Shown one piece after another: positions 11,838-25,122 of a DNA stretch of 64,000 nt. A program made the position numbers and the translations under genes. The notes beneath the pieces were generated by a model. It did no database searches. It saw only the letters and a list, made by a program, of their open reading frames with translations, and was not told the origin of the DNA. Origin of the DNA: Octopus sinensis (lineage: Eukaryota); contig NC_043005.1 of NCBI RefSeq assembly GCF_006345805.1, positions 34,906,001 to 34,970,000 on the forward strand, written 5' to 3'. Positions within the stretch are counted from its first letter, which is position 1; every line of letters starts with the position of its first letter.

Positions 11838-13466
11838 CAGTGGCGGCCAAAATGTCCAGAACGGCATTGTTTTTGTCAGAAAAGTAGATATAATTTTTTA
11901 TCAAAGTTGTTTTATATTCTATAATTTTCACAGACAATAAATACGATATTATTTGTTATTGCCTGAGATTTTGGTGTAATTTGAGAGGATAATACAAAAG
12001 TTATGGATGATTTAGTGATTTACTGCAAAACCCATGGCGGCCAAAATGATCAGAACGGTTGCTTTCACTCCGTGTTTTAGTATATTTAACCGGCGAACTC
12101 TAATGTTTTGAATTTGTTTACGTGACAGTTCATTTGCTAAACATTAGTAAGAATATTTGCAGTGTACTTTGTTAATATAATGCCACTTACTCCATTACCA
12201 ATTCGTCAGCAGATTATTAAGCTTCGAAGGAAGGATAATTTAAGTATTGGATCTATTGCAAAGATTGTTAACAAGTCAAAAAGTGTTGTACACGGTATTC
12301 TTAATGTCTACGATGATTGTGGTTCGTGTGAAGCAAGAAAGTTTACAGGTAGGCCAAGAAAAACGACCAAGAGAGAAGATCATGCTATGGTAAAGTTGGT
12401 TAAAAAGGACAGATTTAAAACTGCTGCTGCTGTTTCTCGGAAAATGAGCATTGTATTGAAGAAAACTTTATCTCGAAAAACTGTGTCTCGTCATTTAGTT
12501 GAACATGACCTACAGGCAAGAGCACCTGCAGTGAAGCCACTGATCAGCTCCAAGAATAAAAAGTGTCGTCTTACCTTTGCAACCGAACATGTGTTGTGGT
12601 CTCAAGAAAAATGGCAAACGGTGCATTTCAGTGATGAATCTAAGTTTATGTTATTTGGCTCAGATGGGAAAAGGTACATTCGTAGAAAAGTAGGTGAAAA
12701 ATTGTCGCCTAAATGCCTTAAGACTAGTGTTAAATTCGGTGGAGGAAGTGTCATGGTTTGGGGGATGATATCTGGACATGGTGTGGGCCCTTTGGTGCGA
12801 TTACATGGAAAGGTAAATGCAGGAGTTTATAAACAACTTGTAAAAGATCATGTCTTGCCTGTGCTGAGAAATTCAACTAAGCGACCACCCATATTTATGC
12901 AGGACAATGCCCCATATCACAAGGCTAAGGTGGTCATGAACTTCCTCAAGGCTGAAAAGGTTATTGTTATGGATTGGCCTGCTCAAAGCCCAGATCTCAA
13001 TCCTATTGAAAATGTATGGAATATTCTAGGAGAACGTCCGAAAGCCAGAAATCCTAAAACAACTGAGCAATTATGAAATGCCCTTCAGGAAGAATGGAAT
13101 AAGATCAGCCAGCAAGAAATTGAAAATTTAATTTCCTCATGCAGTCGAAGATGTCAGAGCGTGATTGAAGCTAAAGGGCTTCACACTAAATATTAAATAA
13201 TTCCAGTATTCTCTGTCATTTTTGATTATTTTGTTATTTTTTCAACCGTTCTGATCATTTTGGCCGCCATGGGTTTTGCAGTAAATCACTAAATCATCCA
13301 TAACTTTGGTATTATCCTCTTAACTTACACCAAAATCTCAGACAATAACAATTAATATTGTATTTATTGTCTGTGAAAATTATAGAATATAAAACTACTT
13401 TGATAAAAACTTATACTTATTTTTCTGATGAAAACAATGCCGTTCTGAACATTTTGGCCGCAACTG
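11838..13466 (+). mobile_element. Full-length Tc1-family DNA transposon with IR/DR ends
   Basis: TA-flanked. TIRs of ~224 bp (11838-12061 and 13243-13466), each holding two copies of ggcggccaaaatg(t/a)(c/t)cagaacgg; central transposase. Confidence 0.95.
12180..13196 (+). pseudogene. Tc1 transposase, DD34E, one premature TGA at 13074-13076
   Basis: HTH region, GRPRKT, FSDESK, QDNAPYH, SPDLNPIENVW (34 residues between D and E). The frame continues after the stop as NALQEEW...EAKGLHTKY* to 13196. Confidence 0.93.
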
Positions 13467-13485
13467 TATATATATATATATATAT

Positions 13486-13703
13486 ATTTCATATAAAAAT
13501 TGGTGTACATTTAAACGCAAAGAGGCGAGCCTTAACAGGTCACCTTACATACCAGAAGGAAAAGTCAAAAACTCCAAACCTCAGTTAAGAGCAATTTTGA
13601 AGGGAATGAAAAATAACTTTTTGACTGTTCCTTCTGGCATGTAAGGCGACCTGTTAAGGCTCGCCTCTTTGTGTTTAAATTTACACCAATTTGTATATGA
13701 AAT
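13486..13703. mobile_element. Foldback MITE with ~85-bp arms
   Basis: atttcatataaaaattggtgta...gaggcgagccttaacaggtcacc...gtcaaaaa is mirrored by tttttgac...ggcgacctgttaaggctcgcctc...tatatgaaat; set in (TA)n. Confidence 0.85.
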
Positions 13704-14469
13704 ATATATATATATATATATAGGAAAACCAATAACAAATGATTAGGTCATCTACGTTTCCATGCAAGCATAGGTTATAAGAAACAACGTTGAGGCAGAA
13801 TTTTCTATGGCTTGTTGCTCTTCTTGTCTCCATTCCTCGTTTATTTATAATCAAGTACATATTTTTATCTAAATCTATCAAACATTGAACAAACTGGACA
13901 TGCTTTTCATGAAGAACAGTAAATAAATGGCACCCTTTTCTATGAACAGAAATCTTTGTTTACAATTAGCATGCATATCAAAACATGGCGAACACACATT
14001 TACTCACAAACATAAGCCTCTTCCAGTTTCCCTCAACCATATTTCACTTGCAAAGTGTAGGTTATACCATGACTATAGCAGAAGTTACTAGCCAATGGTG
14101 TCTATGCAGTGGCTTTGAATCTAAAATCACATGGTTCCAAAAGCAAACTTCTTAACCACACAGCTAAGCTTTACCTATGTATATAAATGCACACAGACAC
14201 ACACACATACATAAATACATATATGTATATATGTATGCATATATATATATGCTCAAGAGTGAGGTTAAAATGTCTTACATAAGTTGAACCATTCAAGTGG
14301 AAATGCAGATAAATGTTAAAATGCTGTGAGGTGTGCAGTAAGCAACGTGAGTCAGTGAAATGAATATTAAATCAAGATGACATTACAGCAGAAGAATTTT
14401 TGATATATTATAAACATCTATGGTGTGTTAAAGTATTTGAGATCAACTTCGACCCTTCCCACTTCATAC

Positions 14470-14483
14470 ATACATAATACCAT
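14470..14483 (-). CDS. Candidate 14-nt microexon (TWIMY, phase 1-0)
   Basis: Acceptor cattttattttgcaaccag, donor T|gtatga. Bridges the phases of 38401-38431 and 8861-8909; found by targeted search. Confidence 0.25.
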
Positions 14484-15394
14484 GCTGGTTGCAAAATAAA
14501 ATGTATACATGCATAAGCTAAAATAATCTATAAATAACCATGTAAATTTTGAAAAAGTTGTTTTATTTTTTGTTAATTAACTTTATGATGTGGAATAAAT
14601 TGGTTGAGTGAGAAATGTCTTGAAGAATAGGAAGTGTCTATGAGTTTTATTTATGCTTCAAAAGTTTTGAAGTGAATATTAATTTCCTACACTGATGCCT
14701 GTAGAAGGACATAGACAGTTGATTGGTACAACCCAGGGACAGCTAAAGGTACCAGCAACATGAGCAGGAAGTCGCCCAAAGTGTTGTCATATATAAGGAA
14801 TCTTTCAAATATAGAAACAGTATATTAAATTCTTGAGCAATCTTGTCAACAGAAAACAATATTGTAAAAAAAAAAAAAAGATATAAAAAGCATTATGAAA
14901 ACATCTAAAATCAAAAAATATTGTTTCAGTAAGGAAGATCACTCTTCAGATTTTCTGTTTGTTTGTTTGCAACAGAAATGCCTCAAGATCATTTCCAATT
15001 GATGCACATGAGGCCCTTAGCTCATTTATATATTAATTAAAAGATTCAAAACTTTCAAGATAAGTTTAATCAGTTTTCTTTACCCATGTCAGCATGGAAA
15101 GCGGACGATAAGCAATGATGACGATAATGATTGTGTATTGAAATAAACGCTTCACTATAACATTTACAGCTTCTCTTCTTTTTAGCAATTAGTATTTATT
15201 TATGTGTGTGTGAGTGAGTGTTTGTTTTTATGTTGTTATGAAAACAATTTTACATTCATCTGAATGGTAAATCTATACTTTTGTAGAGTACAAATTTATT
15301 ATTCTTATACAAGAATGTTGTTGACAGTGACTTAGCTGGCCATCTTTGGCTGAAACTTCTAAGTGACTGTCAACAACGTTCATGTATACGAACA

Positions 15395-15438
<44 letters not shown>

Positions 15439-18400
15439 GTACATATACATTTATATATACACACAAATATACATATATATAAACATATCAGAAAAGCCAT
15501 TTCTATTTATTTTTTGAAATATATAATACTGTACCAATGACTTTCTATTTCTTATTCTACTTTACATTTATGCACACACACATACTTCTCTCAAGTTTTG
15601 GTGCCACTAGAAAATGTATCCAATACCCTGTACAAATCCATCACAAGGTCCAGTCATTGTTGCTGTTTGGTGGCCTGTGTGTTTCAATGGACCTGAGTGC
15701 TATAAGACATTTATTTCATCTGATCTGCTGTTTTTGCCAATCTGCTGCCTTCTAAGTAGAGTATTCTATTAAGTGCAGAACAACTGTTGGAGACTTACTG
15801 AGTTCACTCTGGATACTGCTAGAATCTTAGAAATAGCCAAATCACTCTCAAATCACACCAAACCATGTTTTGAACAAGAAAGGACAAATCAGACAATTTA
15901 AGTAAAAAAGAGAAAAGTGTGGATTATCATGGCTGGAGCATCTCTAATTATATATCTGCTCTATGAACAATAACAAACCACAATGAGCCTTTATGTGGTC
16001 ATTCAGCCTGGTGGAAATAGCAGCCAAATCTCTTTCAGGTTTCACCCTACGCTTTTAAATAAAGAATGATTTATCTATGGTATGCAAATAGATGATGTAG
16101 TCATATCTGGAACACCTTTGGTCACAGGTCTGCTTATCCAGGTTAATCTGGAGCAATATAAACAAGAAGTATACAAAAATAGATTGGACAGTGAAATGAG
16201 TACATTAACAAATTGCCAGTCTACTTTGTACAATTAACCACTGCATGTTGCTTTGTGCAGTATGGTCTTTACTTCTTATATAATTAACCATTACATGTCA
16301 GTGGGTGCAGATCTCATAAATGATTTGTTGACAAGGAATATCATCATCAGTATCATTTTAACATCTATTTTTCCATGTTTGCATGGGTCAGACAGAATTA
16401 TGTTAAAGCAGAGATTTTTATAAATAGATGTCCCTCTTGTTGCCAACCCCCATCTCTGTTTCAAAGTAAGGTAATAATCTCCTAGTCTGGCTTGGACATA
16501 TTATCATAAAGAACTGGAAATAAATGCTACTGAAATCTGCTTCTTGTTTATAATGATCCTGCAACATCTCAAGACATGTCAAGAAACCTGCACATGCTTT
16601 CATAGTGAAAAGCAAGCAAATTACATCATTGTTTACAAAACGGTGAACACAACACACCCATGTAGACAAAAGAAATACTAAATCACTTATACAAACACAT
16701 ACAAAGTATGTATGTGTGTTTGTGTGAGAAGTTAGAGAAATAATTTAGTGAATTTTGGTAGAACAGACAGGAGCATTATCAGTTTGGAATACTGCCAGTC
16801 TGAAATTAATAAACTTTATATAAATGTAGGGAAGGGATGCTCTTGTCAAAATTCTTCATAGCTGCTGTTTGGGCTCTGGCTGGTCCTGAATGAAAAATCT
16901 TATCAAAAGCCTTCTAGCAATGACCATCCCATCTTTTTTATCAGATAACATCAATAATGTTTCTGTCTGCTTTTTCCATGCTAGCAAGAGACATCTTGAG
17001 GCAGTAGTCTAAAGCCAGATTCCTTTCCCAACACCAGACTTTCCTTGTTTCCAAGTACTTTATTCCATGTATTCACATGTTGAACCACCAAGCTGTCAGA
17101 CTTGCTTTATATAGAAGATATGAACATCACCACCACAAGCCCAGTGGTTGTAAGGATACACAAACACACATTTGTTCCCTCATTCAATGAATGTTTCTCC
17201 GTGATAGCATGGATTATCTGGGAACTTGAGGCAGAATTTTACAACCAGATGCTATTCTTGTTGTCAACATTTTACCTAGTCGTAATGTCCACAAGGAATG
17301 TACAAATCCTATCTATATTTTTCTCAGCTGGTGACAAGTGATACCACAGCAGAATATCAATATTTGGAACACACACACACTCTAAGATATTTTTAAAGCA
17401 TCAGTAGTAATTCTTTTAGGCATATTTTTCAGATGGCTATCTGGGAGGAGAGAAAAACTTCCCTGAGTCATCTACGAAGATAACATTTTTGAAGAAATTA
17501 CTTTCTGTAATCAATGTTTATTTTACTTTTGTATATCCAGAGTAAAATCTCTACAACAGTTTATAAATTTTTGCTCTACCTTCTAGATACTAGTCTTCTA
17601 TTGCTTGTATATAACAGAATTCCTTGATGGGAAAGCTATTTGCCTATGACTTATTCTGAGAAGGACCTTTCTACAGGATCTCAGAAACTGGTGAGAAAGA
17701 GGGGTGGATGAAGAAACTGAAGACCCAACTCAAATATCTGCATATGAATCTGTGAGACAAGATAACAGATTAAATCTACTAGCCACCTAAGAATAAGTAT
17801 TGTCTGTCTCATAGACTGGTTTTGCAATTTACATCAACTCAGCTTCATTTCCAAGGTTTGGGCCAACTGGAAACTCTGATAGAAGACACTTTTTCCCTCC
17901 CCCTGTTGTGTCAAAGCAAACCCTGAACCACATAATTGTAAAACAGACATAGCTTTGACTCCTTCAATGGAAGATAGTTTCTTGAGCCATTCTTATTGTT
18001 GAACTCATACTGAATTTCTTCAAACTGCTGGCCCTATTCTATGTCTTATTAGATAGACAAATTTCATGCCTTCAGATTATTTCGAAGTCTTGTATATGTT
18101 GGAGGTAGTGGTGATGAAAAGGTTATAGTGAGACAGATGCAAGTGTCTTGCTGTAGAGGAAGTACAAGGTTACCCGGCCAGAGAGAGAAATATCAGGAAT
18201 GAAGACAGAAACAGGTGTGTTACCGCAAAGAAAATACACAGTTGCCTGACCTGAGGGAAGTGCAGGAGAAAGAGAGAGAAAGTAGGAGACTACAGGATGG
18301 AGATGGAGGCAAAATGCTGGGCATACTCACAAAGAATGGAAATCAGACTATAAACGAGATGTTTAAGTAAAGGAAGAGAGAGATACAGATAGTGGCAAGC

Positions 18401-18984
18401 TTCCACATAGTTTCCATCTGCTAAATTCGCTTGAAGGAAACTAGTCAGCTTGCAGCTATAGAAAACACTTCCCCAAAGTGTTGCACAGTGGGACTGAACC
18501 CAAAACCACATGGTTGCAAAGCAAGCTTCTTAACCACACATCAGTTCCTGAACCTAATTATGTTAAGAAATTTCGAATAAAAAAACAATTAAGCTTCATG
18601 AAAGAGAAATGAAAAAGTTTCAAAAATTCTGAAAATTAGAGATAAAATACAGGAATCATAAAAAACTCATATTTCTATATGAATAGTTGCATCTCCTTTT
18701 TAGTCAAGAATTATGCTTGCATTCTACATTCTTTTGGTCATGTAGTTGTATATTTGTTATGAGCAAGTCAGAAAAGGAAGTTCAGTACTCATAACCTTTG
18801 TAGGCCGTTCTAGATTGAAAATCTGTAGGGCAATGTATGTAGAAGGAACATGAGTGGGAGAGAGTGCCAAAGGTTAATAGTGGTTCTATGAGAATGGTAT
18901 TCGTTCTGGAAGAAGGGCCTTAAATAATAGTAATAGTTCTAGAAGGATCTTAAGTAAGTCAAAATACAAATAGAAGAGAGACAT

Positions 18985-19370
18985 ACTCTTTTACTTGTTT
19001 CAGTTATTTGATTGTGGCCATGCAGGAGCACTACCTTTAGTCAAGCAAATCGACCCCAGGACTTATTCTTTGTAAGCCTAGTACTTATTCTATCAGTCTC
19101 TTTTGCCAAACTGCTAATTTACGTGATGTCAACACACCAGCATCGGTTGTCAAGCGATGTTGGAGGGACAAACACAGACACACAAACATATATATATACA
19201 TATATACGACAGGCTTCTTTCAGCTTCCGTCTACCAAATCCACTCACAAGGGTTTGGTTGGCCCAAGGCTATAGTAGAAGACACTTGCCCAAGGTGCCAG
19301 GCAGTGGGACTGAATCCAGAACCATGTGGTTGGTAAGCAAGCTACTTACCACACAGCCACTCCTACGCCT
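18985..19370 (-). mobile_element. Young composite tRNA-SINE (head at right)
   Basis: Reverse-complement head at about 19205-19360, joined via a CA/TA tract to the 3' module at 18985-19190. Confidence 0.75.
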
Positions 19371-19643
19371 ATGATACATATTGATAAACATTTAAGTTCA
19401 AACTTAGAATTTTAGTGGAAAGTATAGTTATCAACATTTTGCTAGGGGATCTTTATATCAGAATATTTAAGGTAAAATATATTGCATGTTCATAGCCAGA
19501 ATTAAAGAACTGAAGATATTAAGGTTGGAAAATCAGATGACTTGAAGGTAATCAATGCTAAAAAAGTTGTATTTTCTCAAAAGTGATCAAATACTGAAAA
19601 TGTGTAGGTCAATGCCTGTAAGGAACATGTAATTTCTATAAAG

Positions 19644-19923
19644 TATTGGGTCGGTGCATAATTATTGTGGCTTTTTTTCAACAAATTTTATTCAACAAAA
19701 ACATCTGTAAATGATTATTCCGAGGCATATTCACCATCTACTTCAATTACTGCTTCCCATTTGCTTGACAGACAGTCAGACCGTCATTTAAAGATCATCA
19801 TCCTCATCTTCATTGTTTAACGTCCGTTTTCCGTGCTAGCACAGGTTAAAGATGTTTTTGTTAAATATTGTTATTGATTTTGTTAAATAAAATTTGTTGA
19901 AAAAAAGCTGCACCAAGCCAATA
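19644..19923 (-). mobile_element. Mariner-derived mini-element
   Basis: TIRs tattgggtcggtgcata... and ...tgcaccaagccaata; internal minus-strand remnant of a mariner C-terminus (KWEAVIEVDGEY). Confidence 0.65.
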
Positions 19924-20074
19924 ATAGCCAGTATAAATAGTATAAACATTGCCAGATCAGACTGGTGCCTGGTGCAGCCTACTGACTTTACAGACCCCGA
20001 GTCAAACCGTCCAACCCATGCCAGCATGGAAAACGGACATTAAACAATGATGATGATGATGATGATATTGCCAG

Positions 20075-20425
20075 AGATTCCAGCTCTTTATTTCCTTCAC
20101 CAGGCTCAGGGTCCCGAGATCAGCTTTCACTACTTCATCCCATGTCTTCTTGGGTCTCCCTTTTCTGCAAGTTCTAGCCACATTAAGCAATCTGCACTTT
20201 TTTATAGAACTGTCCTCATCCACAAACATCACATGTCCATACTAACAGATTCTTCTTTCTTGCACACATTTGATTCCTCTTATGCCCTGTTTTTCACTCA
20301 GAACCATGTTTTATGTACCTTGTCTTTTATACAAAATCACATTGCACATCTAAAGGAACATGTTCATTTCTCCAATCCTCTACATTCAAGGTTCCTGTTT
20401 CAGTGCCAAGCAGCATTGCAATTCT
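20075..20425 (-). mobile_element. RTE-clade LINE 3' fragment
   Basis: CVRIAMLLGTET...GIRGIKC...YGHVMFVDEDSSIKKCR...RKGRPKKTWDEVVKADL, a typical RTE ORF C-terminus. Confidence 0.8.
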
Positions 20426-21529
20426 TACACAAGTATCATACAATCTACCCTTCACTCTAAGGGAAATTATCTTTATTGTCAGGAATGGTAATATCTCCCC
20501 TACATTATCTCCAGCCAGTTCTCACTCTAGCTAGTATATTTTCAAAGCAACCATCTCCTAGGTAACGTATATGTGTGTGAAATTACACTAGTTTGTATCA
20601 TTTGTTCCCTACATGTTTCACTGTTGTGGTTGCTTGTTTGGCAATAATAGACTTGTAAAAAATTTTAACTCAATAAGTCTTCAGTAAAATATTATCTTTA
20701 TTACAATTAGAATCTAGAGGAAACTTGTTCTTTAGTAATATTTTTTTCTCTAATCCACAAACAACTTTCAGCTGCATATAAATCACAACTTGTGGATTAT
20801 GAGATTTATAACATCTGGATACTGTCCTTGGCCAAAATATTGATTTCTATCTTTAGTACAATGCCTCCAGCTATGTAGGAGAATGTAGTCAATTCTAATG
20901 ACCCCAGTTTTTTCTTGAACTTCTATTTTATCTATCACAGAAACAAGGAAAATTAAGTCCTCTCTAGTGCGATTTGAACACACAAATGCAATTAAACACC
21001 ACAAAGCATTTTGTCCATTACTATACCAATTCTGCCAAAATTAACCATTTTATCTCCCTAAAACCCAATAAATGATTTGAACATAGAAGTGTAAGCTGTA
21101 AGTTTGGCTCCTACAAATACTAAATCAGATGGACTATTAATATCTGTTGTATGTAAGTTTTAATCTTTGAAATGTTTACTATATTATGGAAATTAACATC
21201 TACTAGCTTACTATAATATAGTTTCTCTCCAGATGGTGAGAGAAAAGGTGTACTCATAAACATCAAGCCATCATTTCTTGATAGATATGGAGTATGTACA
21301 AGTTGCAACATGTGAAGAGATGTTGTATTGGTCACTTGTTCAATCCACAAAAGAATGGGAAGACTGGTAGGAAAAGCAATATCCAGTCACATACAAATAC
21401 AGAAATAAGTAAGTAACCTCTTACATAGAATATATAGAAACAACCTGTATGACATACATTTTAAAAACTTGCTCAAAACATGCTAACAAAGTAGGAAATG
21501 AAAGCAAAATATAATGGGTTTTATACATA

Positions 21530-23560
21530 CAGGCATACCTCGACTTAAGTCGTTTCAATTTAAGTTGTTCTCAATTATACCTCAGTTTTCAAAAATAATA
21601 TATGGAAAAATAAAAATCAAGTCATTTTACTCGACTTTATGTCTGTCCACCACAAATATTGGAATTGTAAAATCACTAGAAAGCCGTTAAAAGCACATAA
21701 AAATCATATTACTGTACAATAAATAAGAATAAAAGCATGTAAAGTCATATCAAAATATGTATAGTAAATGTTCAGATGCATACCATAACGTAATGTAGCT
21801 TAGTGAATGAAATCATGAAATCAACTGTGTTGTCATATTTATCAGTCTTTCAGAGCTCATATTACACTGTAGTTCCAATATCTACAGTTAGGCATCATTG
21901 TCACTTGTGATTCCCATGATTGTTTCGAATTCAGATTTGTTTACATCTGTTTATCGGCTACTTTCTCGTTCTCATTCTTTTGTGACTTTATTTTTGGCCC
22001 CCTTGGCTCCTAAGAAAATTCATAGTTAAAGTGCTAAGCATCATGCTATAATGCTGGGAGATAAAACACCATGACAGAGGTGAAAAAAATGATAGCAATT
22101 ACAAAATCTTTTGGGATGAGTCGGACAACTGTATTGACAATTGTACATAACAAGAACAAGATTTTAGCACATATCAAATCTGAAGTCTCAGGGACGAAGA
22201 ACACTGTCATCAATAAGAAAAGAGTCAAAATCTTAGAAGAAACGGAAAGTCTTCTTTCTCTTCGGATTGTTAGGTTGAATTGTTAGCATGCTTACTATTA
22301 GTCAAAAAAATCTTTCAAAAGAAAGCATTGTCTCTGAGGAGCTGAAGAAAAAATATCCAGATGAGAAAGATGTAGAGTTCAAGGCAAGTCAAGGATGGTT
22401 CATGAGATTTAAGGAGCAAAGATGTTATCATTCCATTAAGAAACAAGGTGAAATTGCATCAGTTGACGAACAAGCAGCAGCAAAATTTCCTAATGCATTA
22501 AAGAAAATCATTGAAGAAAACGGGTTTCTTCTCGCAAAGATTTTTAATGGAAACAAAACTGGATTGTATTGTAAAAAATTGCCAGACCATTCATTGATTT
22601 CCAAGGAGAAGAAAACTATTCCAGGCTACAAGGTCTCAAAGGAACATCCCCATTATGTTGGGAGGTAATTGTGAAGGAGATTTTAAGTTAAAACCATTGC
22701 TTGTGTATCATGTACACAATCCCCGTGCCTTGAAGAACACAGCCAAGGCATCTCTCCCTGTTATATAGATGGCTAATTCAAAAGCATGGGTTACTGGTAT
22801 TGTTTTCAAAGATTGGTTCTTCAATTATTTTATCTCAGCAGCAATTACTTATCTTAGATAATGCTCCTGGCCACCCACAAAACATTGTGAATTTTGACCC
22901 CAACATTACTGTCATAAACCTCCCTCCAAACACCATGTCTCTTCTGCAGCCAATGGATCAGGGAATAATTGCTATCTTCAAGCATTACTATATGAAATGT
23001 ATGCTGCAGCAAGCAATAGCTGCAACTGATCTTAATGAGTCCATCACACTTTGTGACTTTTGGAACAGATATATCTACAAGGCTGTACAGAACATAGCAG
23101 CAGCATGGAACGATATACAGAGCATGGCTAAGAATGGTGTATGGAAGAAGCTATATCCACAATTTGTGAATGATTTTAATGGGTTTGATGATGTTGCCAT
23201 CAACAAAATGTTGGTGACTATAAGCAAAGAACTGGAAATGGATTTGGAGGAGGAGGATTTCAGATTTATTTGTAAAAGACAAGCAGCCCCTGATGAACGA
23301 GGATTTGATAGAGCTTCATGAGCAGCAAAATAAAGAAGAGGAAGTTGAACCTGAGCCATGTCACTTTACCATTAAGATAATGCAGCAAGCATTTGCATAT
23401 ATCGAAAAAGATCTTTCTATTGTTCGAGTATATGGATCCAAATGCTCGACACTTTGCCAAGATTGTCATGAAGCTTTTGCTCCTTATAATGTAATCCTTG
23501 AGTTAAAAGAAGACAGTTCAAGGAACTCTCGGTTGGGTTTTTAAATGCATTACACAACAA
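21530..23560 (+). mobile_element. Degenerate Tigger/pogo transposon (CENP-B-like HTH + DDE_1)
   Basis: TA|CAGGCATACCTCGACTT left end. Frameshifted ORFs SRTTVLTIVHNKNKI, FKASQGWFMRFK, IFNGNKTGLY, LLILDNAPGHP, LPPNTMSLLQPMDQGII. Right TIR not seen. Confidence 0.9.
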
Positions 23561-24189
23561 GAACAGCCAGAATCAGCTGTTAATGTTGACAATCCACAGC
23601 CATCTACATCCGTAATGTAAAGCACCAAATTGTATGCAAATAGCTGCGGAAGTTAAACTTTTATCTTTTAGTGTTCTAGACCAAAACCTGTGACCATGCT
23701 GGGGCAGCACTGTTATTTTATTTTTTTAATTTTTTGTTATTAGGTTTAAATGCTTATTGGTATTATGTAAACAAACAGATACATACATCAGCAGAAGGGC
23801 AAAGATATGATAGTTACTTAGACAGAGAGACAGGCAGGTAGACAAATAGGCAAGTGTACTAGAAGTTAACCAAATAGACATATTGATATGCAACAGATAG
23901 ATCACTGAAGCGAAGTGAAAAGATATGAAGATAATCTCAGGTGATAAATAACTGACTGAACCTTGTTGGTGGTTGGACAGTGAACAGTGTAGTTTGTTTA
24001 CATATTTTTATTATATTTTAAAATTTCCTCCCTTAACATATGCACTTTAATGCAATTAATTATCATTTGCTCTGTCGAAACATTTATTTATATAATATGG
24101 ACAATGACAGATGACATTAGCTACAAAGAGAAAGAACAAAAAGGATTATTTTTCAAAAAATTGGCATGTACTACATTAAGACGTTTCAG

Positions 24190-24560
24190 CCTCCACACTA
24201 ATTGCATTGAAGCCACTTCAATAACAGGTGCACAAAAAGGAATGCACTTCTTAATACTTCCCATGAAGCTAGCTCTAAATGACTCCAACCTTCATTTCAT
24301 TTTGGAACAAGTTCAGTTCCCTATAAGGCTGTCCTACTCTCCGACAGTAAATAAGGCATGGGGACAGACATTTCACAAAATTGGAATATGTTTGTCATAT
24401 CCTGTGTTCAATCATAGGCAATTATATATGGCATTTTCTAGGGCCAGGAATTTATCTAATGTAGCAGTAAGAGTAGTTGAGACCAACAGACAAGCAAGCA
24501 AACAAGGTTAAACTTTTACAATAAACATTGTGTATAAAGAAGTGCTGAGAGAGTAAGTTG
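24190..24560 (+). mobile_element. Helitron RepHel (PIF1-like helicase) C-terminal fragment
   Basis: QFPIRLSYSPTVNKAWGQTF...PVFNHRQLYMAFSRAR followed by NIVYKEVL. Matches the QFP-RLAFAMTINKAQGQ / HGQLYVA-SR / NIVYKEVL pattern. Confidence 0.85.
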
Positions 24561-24902
24561 AGAATATGTATGCCATTCATATTACATTCAGTTCATACAG
24601 TTTGTAAAGCATTTTCAGTAATCACATACAATGCCTATTTCATACACATTTAAATTAGTTCATATTTTGTATTTCTATTTATACCACATATGTATGTCAC
24701 ATACAATTTGTATAGTCCCATTTGTAATGTAGAATGCTTGTATCTAATCCAGTGAGTAAGCTCTGTACATATAATTATATGAAATGTAGTTTGTATGTAA
24801 TTATTTACTTTGTGAATGCATAATGAAAATTGTAAACAATAAACATGTAATCAATGTATATGAATAAATTTTATCTTTTTAATTCATTTTTAATTTCCTT
24901 AA

Positions 24903-25122
24903 CCCTTAAGCATTCAGATTATTTTGCCAAATGTAATGCTTTTTCATTCAAATTGTTTTTAATTAATTATGCATTATTTCATAGTTTTGAAATTTTGATG
25001 ATGTTGATTGTGTATTTTATAATGGCATTGAAGGGTAGGTGTGACAGGCTGGATCTGACTGGTTAGAACATAAAACAGGTAGCATATTCGGGCCAGGTAT
25101 GACCAGTTTAAATGCTAAATGG
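24903..25122. mobile_element. piggyBac-type MITE
   Basis: TTAA|cccttaagcattc ... aatgctaaatgg|ttac; same family as 53072 and 61206. Confidence 0.55.

Noticed and set aside
20783-21004. Protein-like minus ORF (IEVQEKTGVIRIDY...)
   Set aside because: No convincing donor and no recognisable family; may be a decayed TE.
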